From assembly GCA_038213205.1 (NCBI GenBank), contig JBBQTP010000001.1, positions 370 to 64,369 of the forward strand: a DNA stretch of 64,000 nt, written 5' to 3'. Positions 9,696-20,049 of this stretch are shown here, in pieces. The position numbers and the translations under genes are program-made. The notes below the pieces were generated by a model. The model did not search any database and was not told the DNA's origin. It saw nothing but the letters and a program-made list of their open reading frames with translations. How positions within the stretch are numbered: position 1 is the stretch's first letter; each line of letters begins with the position of its first letter. Source of the stretch: Caulobacterales bacterium. GTDB taxonomy: Bacteria > Pseudomonadota > Alphaproteobacteria > Caulobacterales > Caulobacteraceae.

Positions 9696-10277
9696 ATGCG
9701 GCCGCGGATGTCGGATAAGACGGGGGCGGCCATCCGCAAGCTCAGGCTGGCGCGCGGCTGGAGCCTGGCGCAACTCAGCGAGCAAAGCGGGGTGCCGATC
9801 TCCACCCTGTCGCGGGTCGAGCTCGGCCAGAATTCCCTGAACTACGAGAAGCTGATCCGGCTGTGCAGCGCCCTGGAGGTCGACCTCGAAGGCCTGATGA
9901 CCCGCGAAGCCGAGGACGCTCCGGTCGCGTCCGGCCGCCGCTCGGTGACCCGGGTCCGTGATGGGGCGCCGGTCAGGATCGCGGCCAATGGCGGACGCCG
10001 CGCCGCCGCCGACCTGCTGTCGAAAAGCTTTACACCCGTGGTGCTCGACGTGGCGGCGACCAGCCTTGAGGGCCACGGGCCGATGGTGGTCCACCCGGGC
10101 GAAGCCTTCGCCCAGGTGCTGAGCGGCGCGGTGGAATTCCACAGCCATCTCTATGCGCCGCTGGGGCTGGGCGTGGGGGATTCGGTCTATTTCGACGCCG
10201 CCGCCGGCTATGCCCTGGTCGCGCCGGCCGGGGCCGCCCAAGTGCTGCTGGTCGCAGCGGGCGAGCCCGGCTTCTAG
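9696..10277 (+). CDS. XRE-family HTH + cupin-domain transcriptional regulator
   Basis: Start MRPRMSDKTGAAIRKLRLARGWSLAQLSEQSGVPISTLSRVELGQ (HTH_3), with AGGGAG 10 nt upstream. C-terminal cupin: HPGEAFAQVLSGAVEFH...GDSVYFD. The Arg-rich extension back to 9543 in the track looks non-coding. Confidence 0.8.
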   Translation: MRPRMSDKTGAAIRKLRLARGWSLAQLSEQSGVPISTLSRVELGQNSLNYEKLIRLCSALEVDLEGLMTREAEDAPVASGRRSVTRVRDGAPVRIAANGGRRAAADLLSKSFTPVVLDVAATSLEGHGPMVVHPGEAFAQVLSGAVEFHSHLYAPLGLGVGDSVYFDAAAGYALVAPAGAAQVLLVAAGEPGF

Positions 10278-10290
10278 GACGTCCGCCACC

Positions 10291-10355
10291 TGAATTCCCA
10301 AATTTATGGGCTGAATTTCCCACAATTAACCCATAATTCAGGGGCGGATGGGAAA
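10291..10355 (+). promoter_or_regulatory. mcp/che promoter region with ATTCCCA/TGGGAA repeats and a CtrA-box-like TTAA-N7-TTCA
   Basis: The sequence contains tGAATTCCCA, TATGGG, ctGAATTTCCCA, ATTAACCCATAATTCA (10326..10340 is TTAA-N7-TTCA, and TTAACCCAT is close to the TTAACCAT half-site) and TGGGAAA. Confidence 0.35.
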
Positions 10356-10404
10356 GTTCTCGCGAAATCCCGCCAGCCGGCCGGACCGCTTTTCGAGACG
10401 CCCG

Positions 10405-12312
10405 ATGACCCTCAACAATGTGAACATCTCTAAGAAGCTCGCCCTCGGCTTCGCCGCCGTGGTCACCGTCGTGACGGTCATGTGCGTGGCCGTCTTCCTC
10501 ACCGTGACGGGGATCAAATCCGCCGTGGCCGAGAATGACGAGAGCGTCGGCCAACTGAACGCCACCAGCGCCATCCTGATGACTCTGGTCGAACGTCAGA
10601 ATGCTGTGCGCGGCTTCGTGGCCAGCGGCGACGAGTCGTTCGTGGAGAAGATCGCCACCCACCAAAAGGCTTACCTGGCCGCCATCGACACCTTGGCGAA
10701 GAAGGCCCCCGAGGACGCCGCGATCGTAGGCAAGATCCGCGCCGCGGCCGATACGGCCAATGCCGAAGAGGACCAGCAGGTCACGCACAGCCGCGATCCG
10801 GCCCAGCGCGGCGCCGACCAGGCCAGCATCGCCAAGACCGGCCGCCTGACCGACGTGCGCGCAGCGCTGAAGGAATTCAACGACCAGGAGACCGCCAAGC
10901 TCGCGGAACGGGCCATGGCCCAGACCAAGGCGATCAATCAGTCGATGGTCATTCTGGTCAGCGGCGGTGTGGTCGCGGTGCTGCTCTCGGTCCTGATGGG
11001 TTGGCTGCTCAGCCGGGCGATCGCTAATCCGATCAGCGCCATGACCGGCGTGATGGGCAAGCTCGCCGCCGGCGACAACAGCGTCGAGATCCCCGCTGTC
11101 GGCCGCAAGGACGAGGTCGGCCGGATGGCCGAGGCGGTGCAGAGCTTCAAGGACGCGGCGATCGAGAAGATCCGCCTGGAGGGTGAGGCCGCCGAACAGC
11201 GCCGCGCCACCGAGGAGGAGCGCCGCTCCGCCGAGGCCGAGCGCGCCGCCGCCGCCAAGGAGCAGAGCCACGTGGTCGAGGGCCTAGCCCAGGGCCTCGA
11301 GCGCCTGGCCGCCGGCGTCCTGACCTTCCGGCTGAACGCCGCCTTCGCCCCCCATTACGAAAAGCTGCGGGCCGACTTCAACGCCGCCATGCAACAGATG
11401 CAGAGCACGATCTCCGAGGTTGCCACCAACACCGCCGGCGTTCGCACGGCTTCCACCGAGATCAGCCAGGCGTCGGACAACCTGTCGCGACGGACCGAGC
11501 AGCAGGCTGCCAGCCTCGAAGAGACCGCCGCCGCGCTCGACCAGATCACCGCGACGGTTCGCAAGACCGCCGAGGGCGCCAAGGAAGCCCGTGACGCCGT
11601 GGGCTCCGCCCGCGCTGACGCGGAACGCTCCGGCGTGGTGGTCCGCGATGCGGTCGCCGCCATGAGCGAGATCGAAAACTCAGCCCAACAGATCAGCCAG
11701 ATCATCGGCGTGATCGACGAAATCGCCTTCCAGACCAACCTGCTGGCGCTCAACGCCGGCGTCGAAGCCGCCCGGGCGGGTGACGCCGGCCGCGGCTTCG
11801 CGGTGGTGGCCTCGGAGGTGCGCGCCCTGGCCCAGCGTTCCGCTGACGCTGCCAAGGAGATCAAGGCGTTGATCTCGGCCTCGAGCCAACAGGTCGACCG
11901 TGGCGTCAGCCTGGTCGGCGAGACCGGCAAGGTGCTGGAGCGGATCGTGACCCAGGTCACCCAGATCAACGGTGTTGTCACTGAGATCGCGGCGTCCGCC
12001 GAAGAGCAGTCCACCGGACTGCAGGAGGTCAACACCGCGGTCAATCAGATGGACCAGGTGACCCAGCAGAACGCCGCCATGGTCGAGGAAGCCACCGCGG
12101 CCAGCCATGCGCTGACCAGCGAGGCCGACACGCTCTCGCGGCTGATCGCCCGCTTCGAACTGGGCGACGCCAAGGCTTCCGCGCCAGCTCCCGCCCATAG
12201 CCACGCGCCGACGCCCAACCGGGCTCCGGTCGCGGCGATGAAGACCGTCGGCGTGCGTGGCGGGGCGGCTCCCGCCCACGCGACCGCCGAAGACAATTGG
12301 GACGAGTTCTAG
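10405..12312 (+). CDS. mcpA: methyl-accepting chemotaxis protein (CHASE3-HAMP-MA) with C-terminal NWDEF pentapeptide
   Basis: Start [16 protein letters not shown]; an alternative ATG lies at 10348. It has two TMs, a CHASE3-like [19 protein letters not shown], a HAMP domain, and the signalling hairpin [40 protein letters not shown]. It ends ...EDNWDEF, compare the E. coli NWETF tether for CheR/CheB. Confidence 0.9.
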   Translation: MTLNNVNISKKLALGFAAVVTVVTVMCVAVFLTVTGIKSAVAENDESVGQLNATSAILMTLVERQNAVRGFVASGDESFVEKIATHQKAYLAAIDTLAKKAPEDAAIVGKIRAAADTANAEEDQQVTHSRDPAQRGADQASIAKTGRLTDVRAALKEFNDQETAKLAERAMAQTKAINQSMVILVSGGVVAVLLSVLMGWLLSRAIANPISAMTGVMGKLAAGDNSVEIPAVGRKDEVGRMAEAVQSFKDAAIEKIRLEGEAAEQRRATEEERRSAEAERAAAAKEQSHVVEGLAQGLERLAAGVLTFRLNAAFAPHYEKLRADFNAAMQQMQSTISEVATNTAGVRTASTEISQASDNLSRRTEQQAASLEETAAALDQITATVRKTAEGAKEARDAVGSARADAERSGVVVRDAVAAMSEIENSAQQISQIIGVIDEIAFQTNLLALNAGVEAARAGDAGRGFAVVASEVRALAQRSADAAKEIKALISASSQQVDRGVSLVGETGKVLERIVTQVTQINGVVTEIAASAEEQSTGLQEVNTAVNQMDQVTQQNAAMVEEATAASHALTSEADTLSRLIARFELGDAKASAPAPAHSHAPTPNRAPVAAMKTVGVRGGAAPAHATAEDNWDEF

Positions 12313-12320
12313 GCCCCCTT

Positions 12321-12617
12321 ATGAACACGTCCCAATCCCCCGGCGCGGCGAGCCTGATCCTGGCCGACTGCCTCGATCTGACTGCCGCAGCCCCCCTGAA
12401 AGCGCAGTTGCTCGCCGCCCGGGGGACCCCCCTTTCGCTCGACGCCTCGGCGGTCCGGCGGATTGGCGCCCAGTGCCTTCAGGTGCTGCTCGCCGCCCGC
12501 GCGACCTGGTCGCAGGACGGCCATCTCATCGAGGTGGTCAGCCCGTCGCCCGAGTTCGCTGAGACGGTCGCCCTGATGGGCTGCCCGACCCTCGCCGCCG
12601 CCCCCGTTCAGGACTGA
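12321..12617 (+). CDS. cheX: STAS-domain chemotaxis operon protein (CheX of Caulobacter / CheS-like)
   Basis: 98 aa, MNTSQSPGAASLILADCLDLTAAAPLKAQLL...LDASAVRRIGAQCLQVLL (STAS / anti-sigma antagonist-like). It occupies the position between the mcp gene and cheY. Confidence 0.6.
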   Translation: MNTSQSPGAASLILADCLDLTAAAPLKAQLLAARGTPLSLDASAVRRIGAQCLQVLLAARATWSQDGHLIEVVSPSPEFAETVALMGCPTLAAAPVQD

Positions 12618-12621
12618 AGCC

Positions 12622-12987
12622 ATGAGCATGACCGTTCTCACCGTCGACGACAGCCGCACAATGCGGGAGATGCTGCGGCTCGCCCTGACCGACGTCGGCT
12701 ACCGCGTCGTCCAGGCCGAGGACGGGATCCACGGGCTGGAGGTCCTGGCGGCCGAATCCCCCGACGTGATCGTCACCGACATCAACATGCCGCGCATGGA
12801 CGGCTTCGGCTTCATCGAGGAAGTCCGATCAGACCCGCAGAACCGCGGCATTCCGATCCTGGTGCTGACCACTGAAAGCGACGCGGAGAAGAAGAACCGC
12901 GCGCGGATGGCCGGGGCCACCGGCTGGATCGTCAAGCCGTTCAACCCCGTGAAGCTGGTGGACGCGATCCGCCGCGTCGCGGCCTGA
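12622..12987 (+). CDS. cheY: chemotaxis response regulator CheY
   Basis: 121 aa receiver: VLTVDDSRTMR, VIVTDINMPRMDG, LVLTTES, IVKPF. Confidence 0.9.
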   Translation: MSMTVLTVDDSRTMREMLRLALTDVGYRVVQAEDGIHGLEVLAAESPDVIVTDINMPRMDGFGFIEEVRSDPQNRGIPILVLTTESDAEKKNRARMAGATGWIVKPFNPVKLVDAIRRVAA

Positions 12988-13003
12988 ACCGGGACCTAGA
13001 CTC

Positions 13004-15169
13004 ATGGATCCCTTAGAAGCCATTCGCGGAACATTCTTCCAGGAGTGCGAGGAGCAACTCGCCGAGCTGGAAAGCGGTCTCCTGGCGATGGAGAACGGCG
13101 ACACCGATCCGGAGACCATCAACGCCGTCTTCCGCGCCGTGCATTCGATCAAGGGCGGCGCCGGAGCGTTCAGCCTCGAGGCGCTGATCCGTTTCGCCCA
13201 TGTCTTCGAGACGGCGATGGACGAGATGCGCTCGGGCCGGCTCGCGCCGAACGACGAGGTGCTGAAGACCCTGCTGCGCGCTGCTGACGTGCTGGCCGAC
13301 CTGGTGCGCGCGGCGCGCGACGGCGATACGGCCGACGAGGCCCACAGCGCGGCCATTGTCGAGGAACTCAAGGCGCTTGGCCCGGACGGCGCGTCGGAGG
13401 AAGCCGAGAGCGAAGAAGACTGGGGCGACTTCAATTTTCAGCCCCTGGCCGCGGTTACGCTGGAAGCGCCCGCCGCGGCTGGCGGTTGGCAAGTGCGCTT
13501 CAAGCCGCGCGCCGACCTCTACGCAAAGGCCAATGAATCGGCCCTGCTGCTGCGCGAGATGACCCGCCTGGGCGACGTCGCGGTCGAACTCGACGCCAGC
13601 GAACTGCCCGATCTGGAGGCCCTCGATCCGGAAGCGTCCTATCTCGCCTGGACGGTGACCGTTATCGGCGATGCCGACGAGACGGCGATCCGCGAGGTGT
13701 TCGAATTTGTCGACGGCGACTGCGAGCTGGAGATCACACCGGTTGGCGCAGAGGGCGACGGCTCCGCGCCACCGCCCCTGGGCGACCTCGACATCTCCGC
13801 CCTGCTGGCCGAGTTGCAGGAGGCGCCGCCCCCGGCCGCTCCTGAGATTACGCCGGAGCTGGAAGCTGAGTCGGCCGCGCCGAAGCCTTCACGCGCCGCG
13901 CCGCCGCCGGCCGAAGCCGCCGCGGCCGATCCGGCCGCCCAGCATCGCAAGCCCGAGGCCGGCGCCACCATCCGCGTCGACCTGGAGCGGGTCGACCGGT
14001 TGATCGACCTGGTCGGCGAGCTGGTGATCAACCAGGCGATGCTTTCGCAGCGCGTGATGGAAGCGGGCTTCGCGCGCGCCTCGGGCGTCGCCATGGGTCT
14101 CGATGAGCTGGAGCAGCTCACGCGCGAGATTCAGGACAGCGTCATGGCGATCCGCGCGCAGCCGGTGAAGTCGGTATTCCAGCGCATGCCGCGCCTGGTC
14201 CGCGAGGTCGCGGCCATGACCGGCAAGCCGGTCCGCCTGGTCACTGAAGGCGAGGGCACCGAGGTCGATAAAACCGTCATCGAACGCCTGGCCGATCCGC
14301 TGACCCACATGATCCGCAACGCCATCGACCACGGCCTGGAGTCGCCTGAGAAGCGCGCCGAGGCCGGCAAGCCGGCCGAGGGCCAGGTGCGGCTCGCCGC
14401 CGCCCACCGCTCGGGCCGCATCGTCATCGAAGTCGCCGACGACGGCGGCGGCATCAACCGTGAACGCGTCAAGCAGATCGCGGTCGACAAGGGCCTGATC
14501 GCCGCCGACGCGCCGATGTCCGACGAGGAAATCGACAACCTGATCTTCATGCCGGGCTTCTCCACCGCCAGCGAGGTCTCGGACATCTCCGGTCGCGGCG
14601 TCGGCATGGACGTGGTGCGCCGCTCGATCCAGGCGTTGGGCGGGCGGATCGCCATTACCTCCCGCCCCGGCAAGGGCTCGACCTTCACCATGAGCCTGCC
14701 GCTGACCCTGGCCGTGCTCGACGGCATGGTGGTCTCGGTGGAAGGCCAGACCCTGGTCACCCCGATCACCGCCATCATCGAGACCCTGCAGCCCAAGGCG
14801 GCGGACGTGAACAGCCTGGGCGGCCACGCCCGGGTGATCGCCATCCGCGACAGCTATGTGCCGCTGATCGACGTCGGCATGGCGCTCGGCTATCGCACCG
14901 AGCCGTTGCCGGCGACGCAAGGGGTGGCGCTGCTGATCGAAGGCGAGGGCGGCCAACGCGCGGCCCTGCTGGTCGACGCCATCCAGGGCCAGCGCCAGGT
15001 CGTGATCAAGTCGCTGGAAGCCAACTACCGGCAGGTGCCGGGCGTGGCCGCCGCGACCATCCTCGGCGACGGGCGCGTGGCGCTGATCCTCGATATCGAC
15101 ACCATCGTCGCGGTGTCCCGCGGCGCCGACTCCCTCCGCGCTGAAAAGCGCCTGGCGGGAACAGGCTGA
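13004..15169 (+). CDS. cheA: chemotaxis histidine kinase CheA
   Basis: 721 aa. Hpt [14 protein letters not shown], dimerisation [21 protein letters not shown], HATPase ([25 protein letters not shown]) and a CheW-like C-terminus. Confidence 0.95.
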   Translation: MDPLEAIRGTFFQECEEQLAELESGLLAMENGDTDPETINAVFRAVHSIKGGAGAFSLEALIRFAHVFETAMDEMRSGRLAPNDEVLKTLLRAADVLADLVRAARDGDTADEAHSAAIVEELKALGPDGASEEAESEEDWGDFNFQPLAAVTLEAPAAAGGWQVRFKPRADLYAKANESALLLREMTRLGDVAVELDASELPDLEALDPEASYLAWTVTVIGDADETAIREVFEFVDGDCELEITPVGAEGDGSAPPPLGDLDISALLAELQEAPPPAAPEITPELEAESAAPKPSRAAPPPAEAAAADPAAQHRKPEAGATIRVDLERVDRLIDLVGELVINQAMLSQRVMEAGFARASGVAMGLDELEQLTREIQDSVMAIRAQPVKSVFQRMPRLVREVAAMTGKPVRLVTEGEGTEVDKTVIERLADPLTHMIRNAIDHGLESPEKRAEAGKPAEGQVRLAAAHRSGRIVIEVADDGGGINRERVKQIAVDKGLIAADAPMSDEEIDNLIFMPGFSTASEVSDISGRGVGMDVVRRSIQALGGRIAITSRPGKGSTFTMSLPLTLAVLDGMVVSVEGQTLVTPITAIIETLQPKAADVNSLGGHARVIAIRDSYVPLIDVGMALGYRTEPLPATQGVALLIEGEGGQRAALLVDAIQGQRQVVIKSLEANYRQVPGVAAATILGDGRVALILDIDTIVAVSRGADSLRAEKRLAGTG

Positions 15170-15174
15170 TCCTC

Positions 15175-15639
15175 ATGACCCAGACCAATGCTACCGCGGG
15201 CGCGCTCCGCGAGCTGATCTCGTTCCGCATCGGCGCCCAGGAATTCTGCGTCGACATCATGGATGTGCGCGAGATCCGCGGTTGGACAGCAGCGACCGCC
15301 CTGCCGCAATCGCCGAGCTTCGTCCGTGGCGTGATCAACTTGCGCGGCGCCGTCCTGCCGATCGTCGACCTTGCCGCGCGTCTCGGCTTCGACAGCTCAG
15401 AGACCAGTGACCGGGCCGTGATCATCGTCGCCCAAATCGGCGAGCAGGTCGTGGGTCTGCTGGTCGACGCGGTCTCCGACATACTTTCGGTCACCGACGA
15501 CGTGATCCAGCCGACGCCGGACGTAGCGTCGGACACCGCCAAGACCTTCGTCCGCGGCCTGATCGCCATGGACGGGCGGATGATCAGCTTGATCGGCCTC
15601 GAGCGCGTGCTGCCCGACGCCGAACTGGAGGCGGCATGA
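15175..15639 (+). CDS. cheW: coupling protein CheW
   Basis: 154 aa. [21 protein letters not shown]...[14 protein letters not shown]. Confidence 0.9.
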   Translation: MTQTNATAGALRELISFRIGAQEFCVDIMDVREIRGWTAATALPQSPSFVRGVINLRGAVLPIVDLAARLGFDSSETSDRAVIIVAQIGEQVVGLLVDAVSDILSVTDDVIQPTPDVASDTAKTFVRGLIAMDGRMISLIGLERVLPDAELEAA

Positions 15640-16532
15640 GCACCGCGTCCGCCGTCAGATCGCCACCGTCCGTGAGCGCCCAGCCCTTGGTCGAGGGAGA
15701 GTTCGTCTTCACCGAAAGCGACTTCCGCCAGATCGCCGCCATGGTGCATGGCGACGCCGGCATCGCCTTGCCCGACGCCAAGGCGACCCTGGTCTACTCG
15801 CGCCTGGCCAAGCGCCTGCGCGCGCTAGGCCTGCAGAGCTTCAAGGACTACTGCGCCCTGGTCGCGGGCCATGAAGGCGTCGACGAGCGCCAGCGGATGC
15901 TGGCGGCCCTGACCACCAATGTGACGCGCTTCTTCCGCGAGCCGCATCACTTCGACGACCTGCGCCAGAAGCTGCTGCCGAGCCTGATCGACCGCGCGCG
16001 GTCCGGCGGCAAGATCCGCCTGTGGTCGGCCGCCTGTTCGAGCGGCCAGGAGCCCTATTCCATGGCCATGGCCCTTCTGGCCGCCATGCCTGACGCGGCC
16101 CAGCACGACGTGCGAATCCTGGCCACCGACATCGATCCCAACGTGGTCGCCGAAGGCCGCGAGGGTGTCTACGCCGAAGGCCTGCTGACCGGCGTACCCG
16201 ACGAATACCGCAAGCGCTGGACACGGCCGTCGCGCGCCGCCGGCCACGTGCAGATGGCCGAGGAACTCGGCGAGCTGATCACCTTCCGCGAACTCAACCT
16301 GATCGGCGACTGGCCCATGAAGGGAACCTTCCAGGCGATCTTCTGCCGCAACGTGGCGATTTATTTCGACGACCCCACGCAGCACCGCCTGTGGGGCCGC
16401 TTCGCGCCGCTGCTGTCGGCCAATGGCATGCTCTACATCGGCCACTCTGAACGCGTCGCGGGGCCCGCCGCTGCGGCTTTCGAGCCGGCCGGCATCACCG
16501 CCTACCGTCGCAGCGCGGGGCCAGTCCAATGA
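15636..16532 (+). CDS. cheR: chemoreceptor methyltransferase CheR
   Basis: 298 aa. N-terminal helical domain and SAM fold ([29 protein letters not shown]). ATGA overlap with cheW. Confidence 0.9.
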   Translation: MSTASAVRSPPSVSAQPLVEGEFVFTESDFRQIAAMVHGDAGIALPDAKATLVYSRLAKRLRALGLQSFKDYCALVAGHEGVDERQRMLAALTTNVTRFFREPHHFDDLRQKLLPSLIDRARSGGKIRLWSAACSSGQEPYSMAMALLAAMPDAAQHDVRILATDIDPNVVAEGREGVYAEGLLTGVPDEYRKRWTRPSRAAGHVQMAEELGELITFRELNLIGDWPMKGTFQAIFCRNVAIYFDDPTQHRLWGRFAPLLSANGMLYIGHSERVAGPAAAAFEPAGITAYRRSAGPVQ

Positions 16533-17554
16533 TCCGGGTACTGATCGTCGACGACTCCGCGACCATGCGGAAACTGATCGCCGCGGCGCTGTCCGACTAC
16601 GCGGAGTTCACCGTGGTCGGCGAGGCCGCCGATCCGTTGGAAGCCCGCGAGGCCATCAAGATCTTCAATCCCGACGTCATCACCCTCGACGTCGAAATGC
16701 CGAACATGAACGGCCTCGAGTTCCTCGAGCGGCTGATGCGGCTTCGGCCGATGCCGGTGGTGATGGTCTCGACGCTGACCAGCCGTGGCGCCGAGGCGAC
16801 GCTGGCGGCGCTGGAACTCGGCGCGATCGACTGTGTCTGCAAGCCGACATCCGAGAACCCGCGCACCTTCGACACCCTGCCGGAGAAGGTTCGCGCGGCC
16901 GCCATCGCCCGACCGCGTGGCCCGCAGTGCATCCGCGCTACCGCCGCGGCGCCGGAGGGCGCCTTCGCGCCCAACGGCAAGATCGTAGCGATCGGCTCAT
17001 CCACCGGCGGCGTCGAGGCGTTGCTGTCGATCGTCGGGCGCCTGCCGGCCAACTGTGCGCCGACGGTGATCACCCAGCACATGCCGGGGACCTTCACAAG
17101 GAGCTTCGCCGAGCGCCTGAACCGCGGCTGCGCCGCCGAGGTGAGCGAGGCCCGCGACGGCGATCCACTGATCCCGGGCCATGTTTATCTGGCGCCTGGC
17201 GGGGATAGCCATCTCGAGATCGACGGCTCGGCGACGCTGCGCTGCCGGGTCTCGCCGGGCAGTCCGGTTAGCGGCCACCGGCCCTCCGTGGACGTGCTGT
17301 TCGACTCCGTCGCGCGCACCGCGCGCAGCCGTGCGCTCGGCGTGATCCTCACCGGCATGGGCCGCGACGGGGCCCGCGGGCTGCTGGCGCTGCGCGACGC
17401 CGGCGGCCGCACGCTCGGCCAGGATGAATCGACGTGCGTCGTCTATGGCATGCCGCGCGCTGCCTTCGAGATCGGCGCCGTCGAGCGCCAGCTGCCGCTT
17501 GAGAAGATCGCGTCCGCTATCCGCCAACTGACCAACCGCTCTGGGGAGTCCTGA
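16529..17554 (+). CDS. cheB: chemoreceptor methylesterase/deamidase CheB
   Basis: 341 aa. Receiver ([23 protein letters not shown]) plus esterase (IGSSTGG, HMP, GMGRDG). ATGA overlap with cheR. Confidence 0.9.
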   Translation: MIRVLIVDDSATMRKLIAAALSDYAEFTVVGEAADPLEAREAIKIFNPDVITLDVEMPNMNGLEFLERLMRLRPMPVVMVSTLTSRGAEATLAALELGAIDCVCKPTSENPRTFDTLPEKVRAAAIARPRGPQCIRATAAAPEGAFAPNGKIVAIGSSTGGVEALLSIVGRLPANCAPTVITQHMPGTFTRSFAERLNRGCAAEVSEARDGDPLIPGHVYLAPGGDSHLEIDGSATLRCRVSPGSPVSGHRPSVDVLFDSVARTARSRALGVILTGMGRDGARGLLALRDAGGRTLGQDESTCVVYGMPRAAFEIGAVERQLPLEKIASAIRQLTNRSGES

Positions 17555-17942
17555 TGCCCGTCGCCGCGTCCATTCACTGCCTCATGTCGACGATCAGCAG
17601 ACCATCCGCTCGCTCGTCCGCAGCGGCCTGCAGGAGCTCGGGTTCCGCACCTTCTTCGAAGCCAACGACGGCGAGGAGGGTCTGCGGCAGATGCTCAACA
17701 GGCCGATCCAGCTGGTGATCTCAGACTACAACATGCCCAAGCTGGACGATCTGGGCCTGCTGCGCGCCGTGCGTGCGCACCCGCCGATTCAGAAGACCGC
17801 CTTCATCATGCTGACCGGCCGGGCCGACAAGGACCTAGTCCAGCGGGCCGTGCAGTTCGGGGTCAACAACTATCTCGTCAAGCCGTTCACCGTGGCCACG
17901 CTGCGCGAAAAGATCGAAGCGGTCTTCGGCGCTCTGCAATGA
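17554..17942 (+). pseudogene. cheYII: CheY-like receiver (cheYII position) interrupted by an apparent 1-nt deletion near 17584..17587
   Basis: The ATG at 17554 is coupled to the cheB stop (cTGATG) and reads [16 protein letters not shown]..., stopping at TGA 17716..17718. The receiver sequence HVDDQQTIRSLVRSGLQELGF...QLVISDYNMP...IMLTGR...LVKPF is in the next frame. That frame has no ATG/GTG/TTG between its upstream stop (17529) and the DD motif. The track therefore only finds an 83-aa tail from 17691. Confidence 0.7.
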
Positions 17943-18526
17943 GCCTAGCCGCCGCCGATTTTGAACCGGAGCGAGGCGTGGTCATGGAACCGCGCAAGGT
18001 TCACGTGATCCAGGGGGAGTTCAAGGTCTCCGACGACCCGGACCTGGTGATGACCACGATCCTGGGATCGTGCGTCGCGGCCTGTATGCGCGACCCCGTG
18101 GCCGGCGTTGGCGGCATGAACCACTTCCTGCTGCCCGGCGTCAGCGGCAGCGCCAATCTTCTTGAGGGGGGTCTGCGCTACGGCGTGCAGTCCATGGAGC
18201 TCTTGATGAACGCCCTGCTGCGCCGGGGCGCGCGGCGCGAGCGGCTGGAGGTCAAGCTGTTCGGCGGCGGGCGGCTGATCACCGGCCTGACCGACGTGGG
18301 CTCACAGAACGCGGCGTTCGCCGAGCAGTTCGTCCGCGACGAAGGGCTCGCCCATGCCGGCGGTTCGCTGCGCGGTGATCGCGCCCGGCGCATCCAATAC
18401 TGGCCGGTCAGCGGGCGCGCCCGCCAGGTCTTCCTCGCCGCGGCCGAATCCAAAGTGTTCGCCGCCGAACGGCGCCGGCCCGCCGCGCCGCCGCCGGAAG
18501 ACTCCGGCGCCCTGGAGCTGTTCTAA
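17939..18526 (+). CDS. cheD: chemoreceptor glutamine deamidase CheD
   Basis: 195 aa. VHVIQGEFKVSDDPDLVMTTILGSCVAACMRDPVAGVGGMNHFLLPG. ATGA overlap with the preceding gene. Confidence 0.9.
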   Translation: MSLAAADFEPERGVVMEPRKVHVIQGEFKVSDDPDLVMTTILGSCVAACMRDPVAGVGGMNHFLLPGVSGSANLLEGGLRYGVQSMELLMNALLRRGARRERLEVKLFGGGRLITGLTDVGSQNAAFAEQFVRDEGLAHAGGSLRGDRARRIQYWPVSGRARQVFLAAAESKVFAAERRRPAAPPPEDSGALELF

Positions 18527-18918
18527 TGCCCAATCCTTCCCAGTCGAGCGACGCACCGACTTTTCGCCCGTTCGCCGAGCCGCTGCGGCTGGCGGCCATC
18601 GAACTCGCCGACCTGGCGCGGACCGGCGACCAGCTGCAGCGGGTCATCGCCCGCCTCGCGGCCGGCGCCGGGGCGCTCGACGCGGAGCTGATGGAGGAGG
18701 CCCAGGGCGCAGACCTGCTCAGCCAGCGCCTGGAAGGCATGGCCGCCTTCCTGCGCGCGCTCGCCGACGCGGTTCCGGCCGGCGCGGCCGTCGACGTGCA
18801 CGCCGCGATGATCGACCTGACCCTGGCCGAACAGGCGCGCCGCCTCGCAGGCCCCCCGGCCGCCGTCCCGACGGCCACGGACGAGGCGTCCGGCGACCTG
18901 TTGCTGTTCGGGAGCTGA
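18526..18918 (+). CDS. cheU: chemotaxis-operon protein of unknown function (CheU position in the Caulobacter operon)
   Basis: 130 aa, helical and Ala-rich. Its start overlaps the cheD stop (TAATG). Named by synteny only. Confidence 0.5.
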   Translation: MPNPSQSSDAPTFRPFAEPLRLAAIELADLARTGDQLQRVIARLAAGAGALDAELMEEAQGADLLSQRLEGMAAFLRALADAVPAGAAVDVHAAMIDLTLAEQARRLAGPPAAVPTATDEASGDLLLFGS

Positions 18919-18919
18919 G

Positions 18920-19522
18920 ATGGGCGCCACGCCGTTCAAGGGGCGCGAGCGGGTCAACCTCTCCACCGCCGAGGTGCTGATTGTCTGCGGCGACGCTGAG
19001 GGGCTGGAGATCCTGGCCCAGATGTTCGCCGGCTTCGGCGTGCACACGCCCCGCCGCGCATCGTCCAGCGCCGAAGCGATGGTCGTCGTCGGCGAGCGCG
19101 AGCTGAACCTGGTCGTCGTCGACAGCGCGCTCGCCGATGGCGACGGCTACCCGTTCATCAACTGGCTGCGGCGCTGCGGCTCGCCCAACGCCTGGTCGCC
19201 CGTGGTGCTGGTCACCGGCCACACCACGCCGTCGCAGATCATCAAGGGCCGCAACGCCGGCGCCAGCTTCGTGGTGCGCAAGCCGGTCCCGCCGATGGTG
19301 ATGATGCAGCGCATCGTCTGGCTGCTCAACGATCAGCGCGCTTTCGTCACCTCCGAGGGCTACTGCGGCCCGGACCGCCGGGTTCGCTCGATGGGCCCAC
19401 CCGTCGGCATGAAAGGCCGCCGCCACGACGACCTCTCCGTAGAGGTCGGCGAGGCCACCACCCCCAACCTCGATCAGGGCCAGATCGACGCCCTCTTCCA
19501 GCCCAAGGCGCTCGCCCGATGA
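18920..19522 (+). CDS. cheYIII: CheY-like receiver with degenerate acidic pocket and Arg-rich C-terminal extension (CheYIII / Cle-type)
   Basis: 200 aa. LIVCGDA replaces the LVVDD pocket, while VVVDSA (Asp), LVTGH (Thr) and VRKPV (Lys) are retained. A ~70-aa tail follows, with YCGPDRRVRSMGPPVGMKGRRHDD. Confidence 0.75.
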   Translation: MGATPFKGRERVNLSTAEVLIVCGDAEGLEILAQMFAGFGVHTPRRASSSAEAMVVVGERELNLVVVDSALADGDGYPFINWLRRCGSPNAWSPVVLVTGHTTPSQIIKGRNAGASFVVRKPVPPMVMMQRIVWLLNDQRAFVTSEGYCGPDRRVRSMGPPVGMKGRRHDDLSVEVGEATTPNLDQGQIDALFQPKALAR

Positions 19523-19980
19523 GTCTCCCGCGCGTGTTCAAAGTTGAAAATAAACTGGCCAAGGTTGTCAGCCGGCCCGGCGGCAAGACCATCAAGGAAG
19601 CCCTGCAGTCAGCCGAAACGAACATCGAGTCGGTGCGCGACCAATGCATGACCGCGCTCGAGGAGAAGGCCGGAAACCTGGCTCGGATCGCCGGCGGGGA
19701 TCGCGGCGAGGGCGCGATGGCGACGCTCGACAGGCTCTACGACGTCAGCAACGCGATCTTCGGTGTCGCCGGCGCCTTTGGTCTCGAGGCGCTGGCGGAA
19801 GCAGCCTGCAGCCTCTGCGACGTCATCCACCGCTTCCGCAGCGGGGAATCCGTCAGGTGGTCGGCTGTGGATGTGCACGTGGATGGCATCCGCCTGCTCG
19901 CCGGTGGCCTGACGCGCGGGGCGGACGAGATTCTCGAGGGCCTTCGCAAGGTTCGCGCGCGGTTCGTCCCGGCGACTTGA
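19519..19980 (+). CDS. cheE: chemotaxis-operon protein of unknown function (CheE position)
   Basis: 153 aa. ATGA overlap with the preceding gene. Last gene of the coupled chain. Named by synteny only. Confidence 0.5.
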   Translation: MSLPRVFKVENKLAKVVSRPGGKTIKEALQSAETNIESVRDQCMTALEEKAGNLARIAGGDRGEGAMATLDRLYDVSNAIFGVAGAFGLEALAEAACSLCDVIHRFRSGESVRWSAVDVHVDGIRLLAGGLTRGADEILEGLRKVRARFVPAT

Positions 19981-20049
19981 GAAGCCGAGGCCCCGGCCCG
20001 TTCAGATGACATCATCTGATCGGGAAAGAAGGGTCTGTCTTCAAAGGCT

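Noticed and set aside
17570-17600. Programmed ribosomal frameshift in cheYII
   Set aside because: There is no slippery X-XXY-YYZ heptamer and no obvious downstream stimulatory structure at the frame junction. A simple 1-nt indel, either a mutation or an assembly error, is the more economical explanation.
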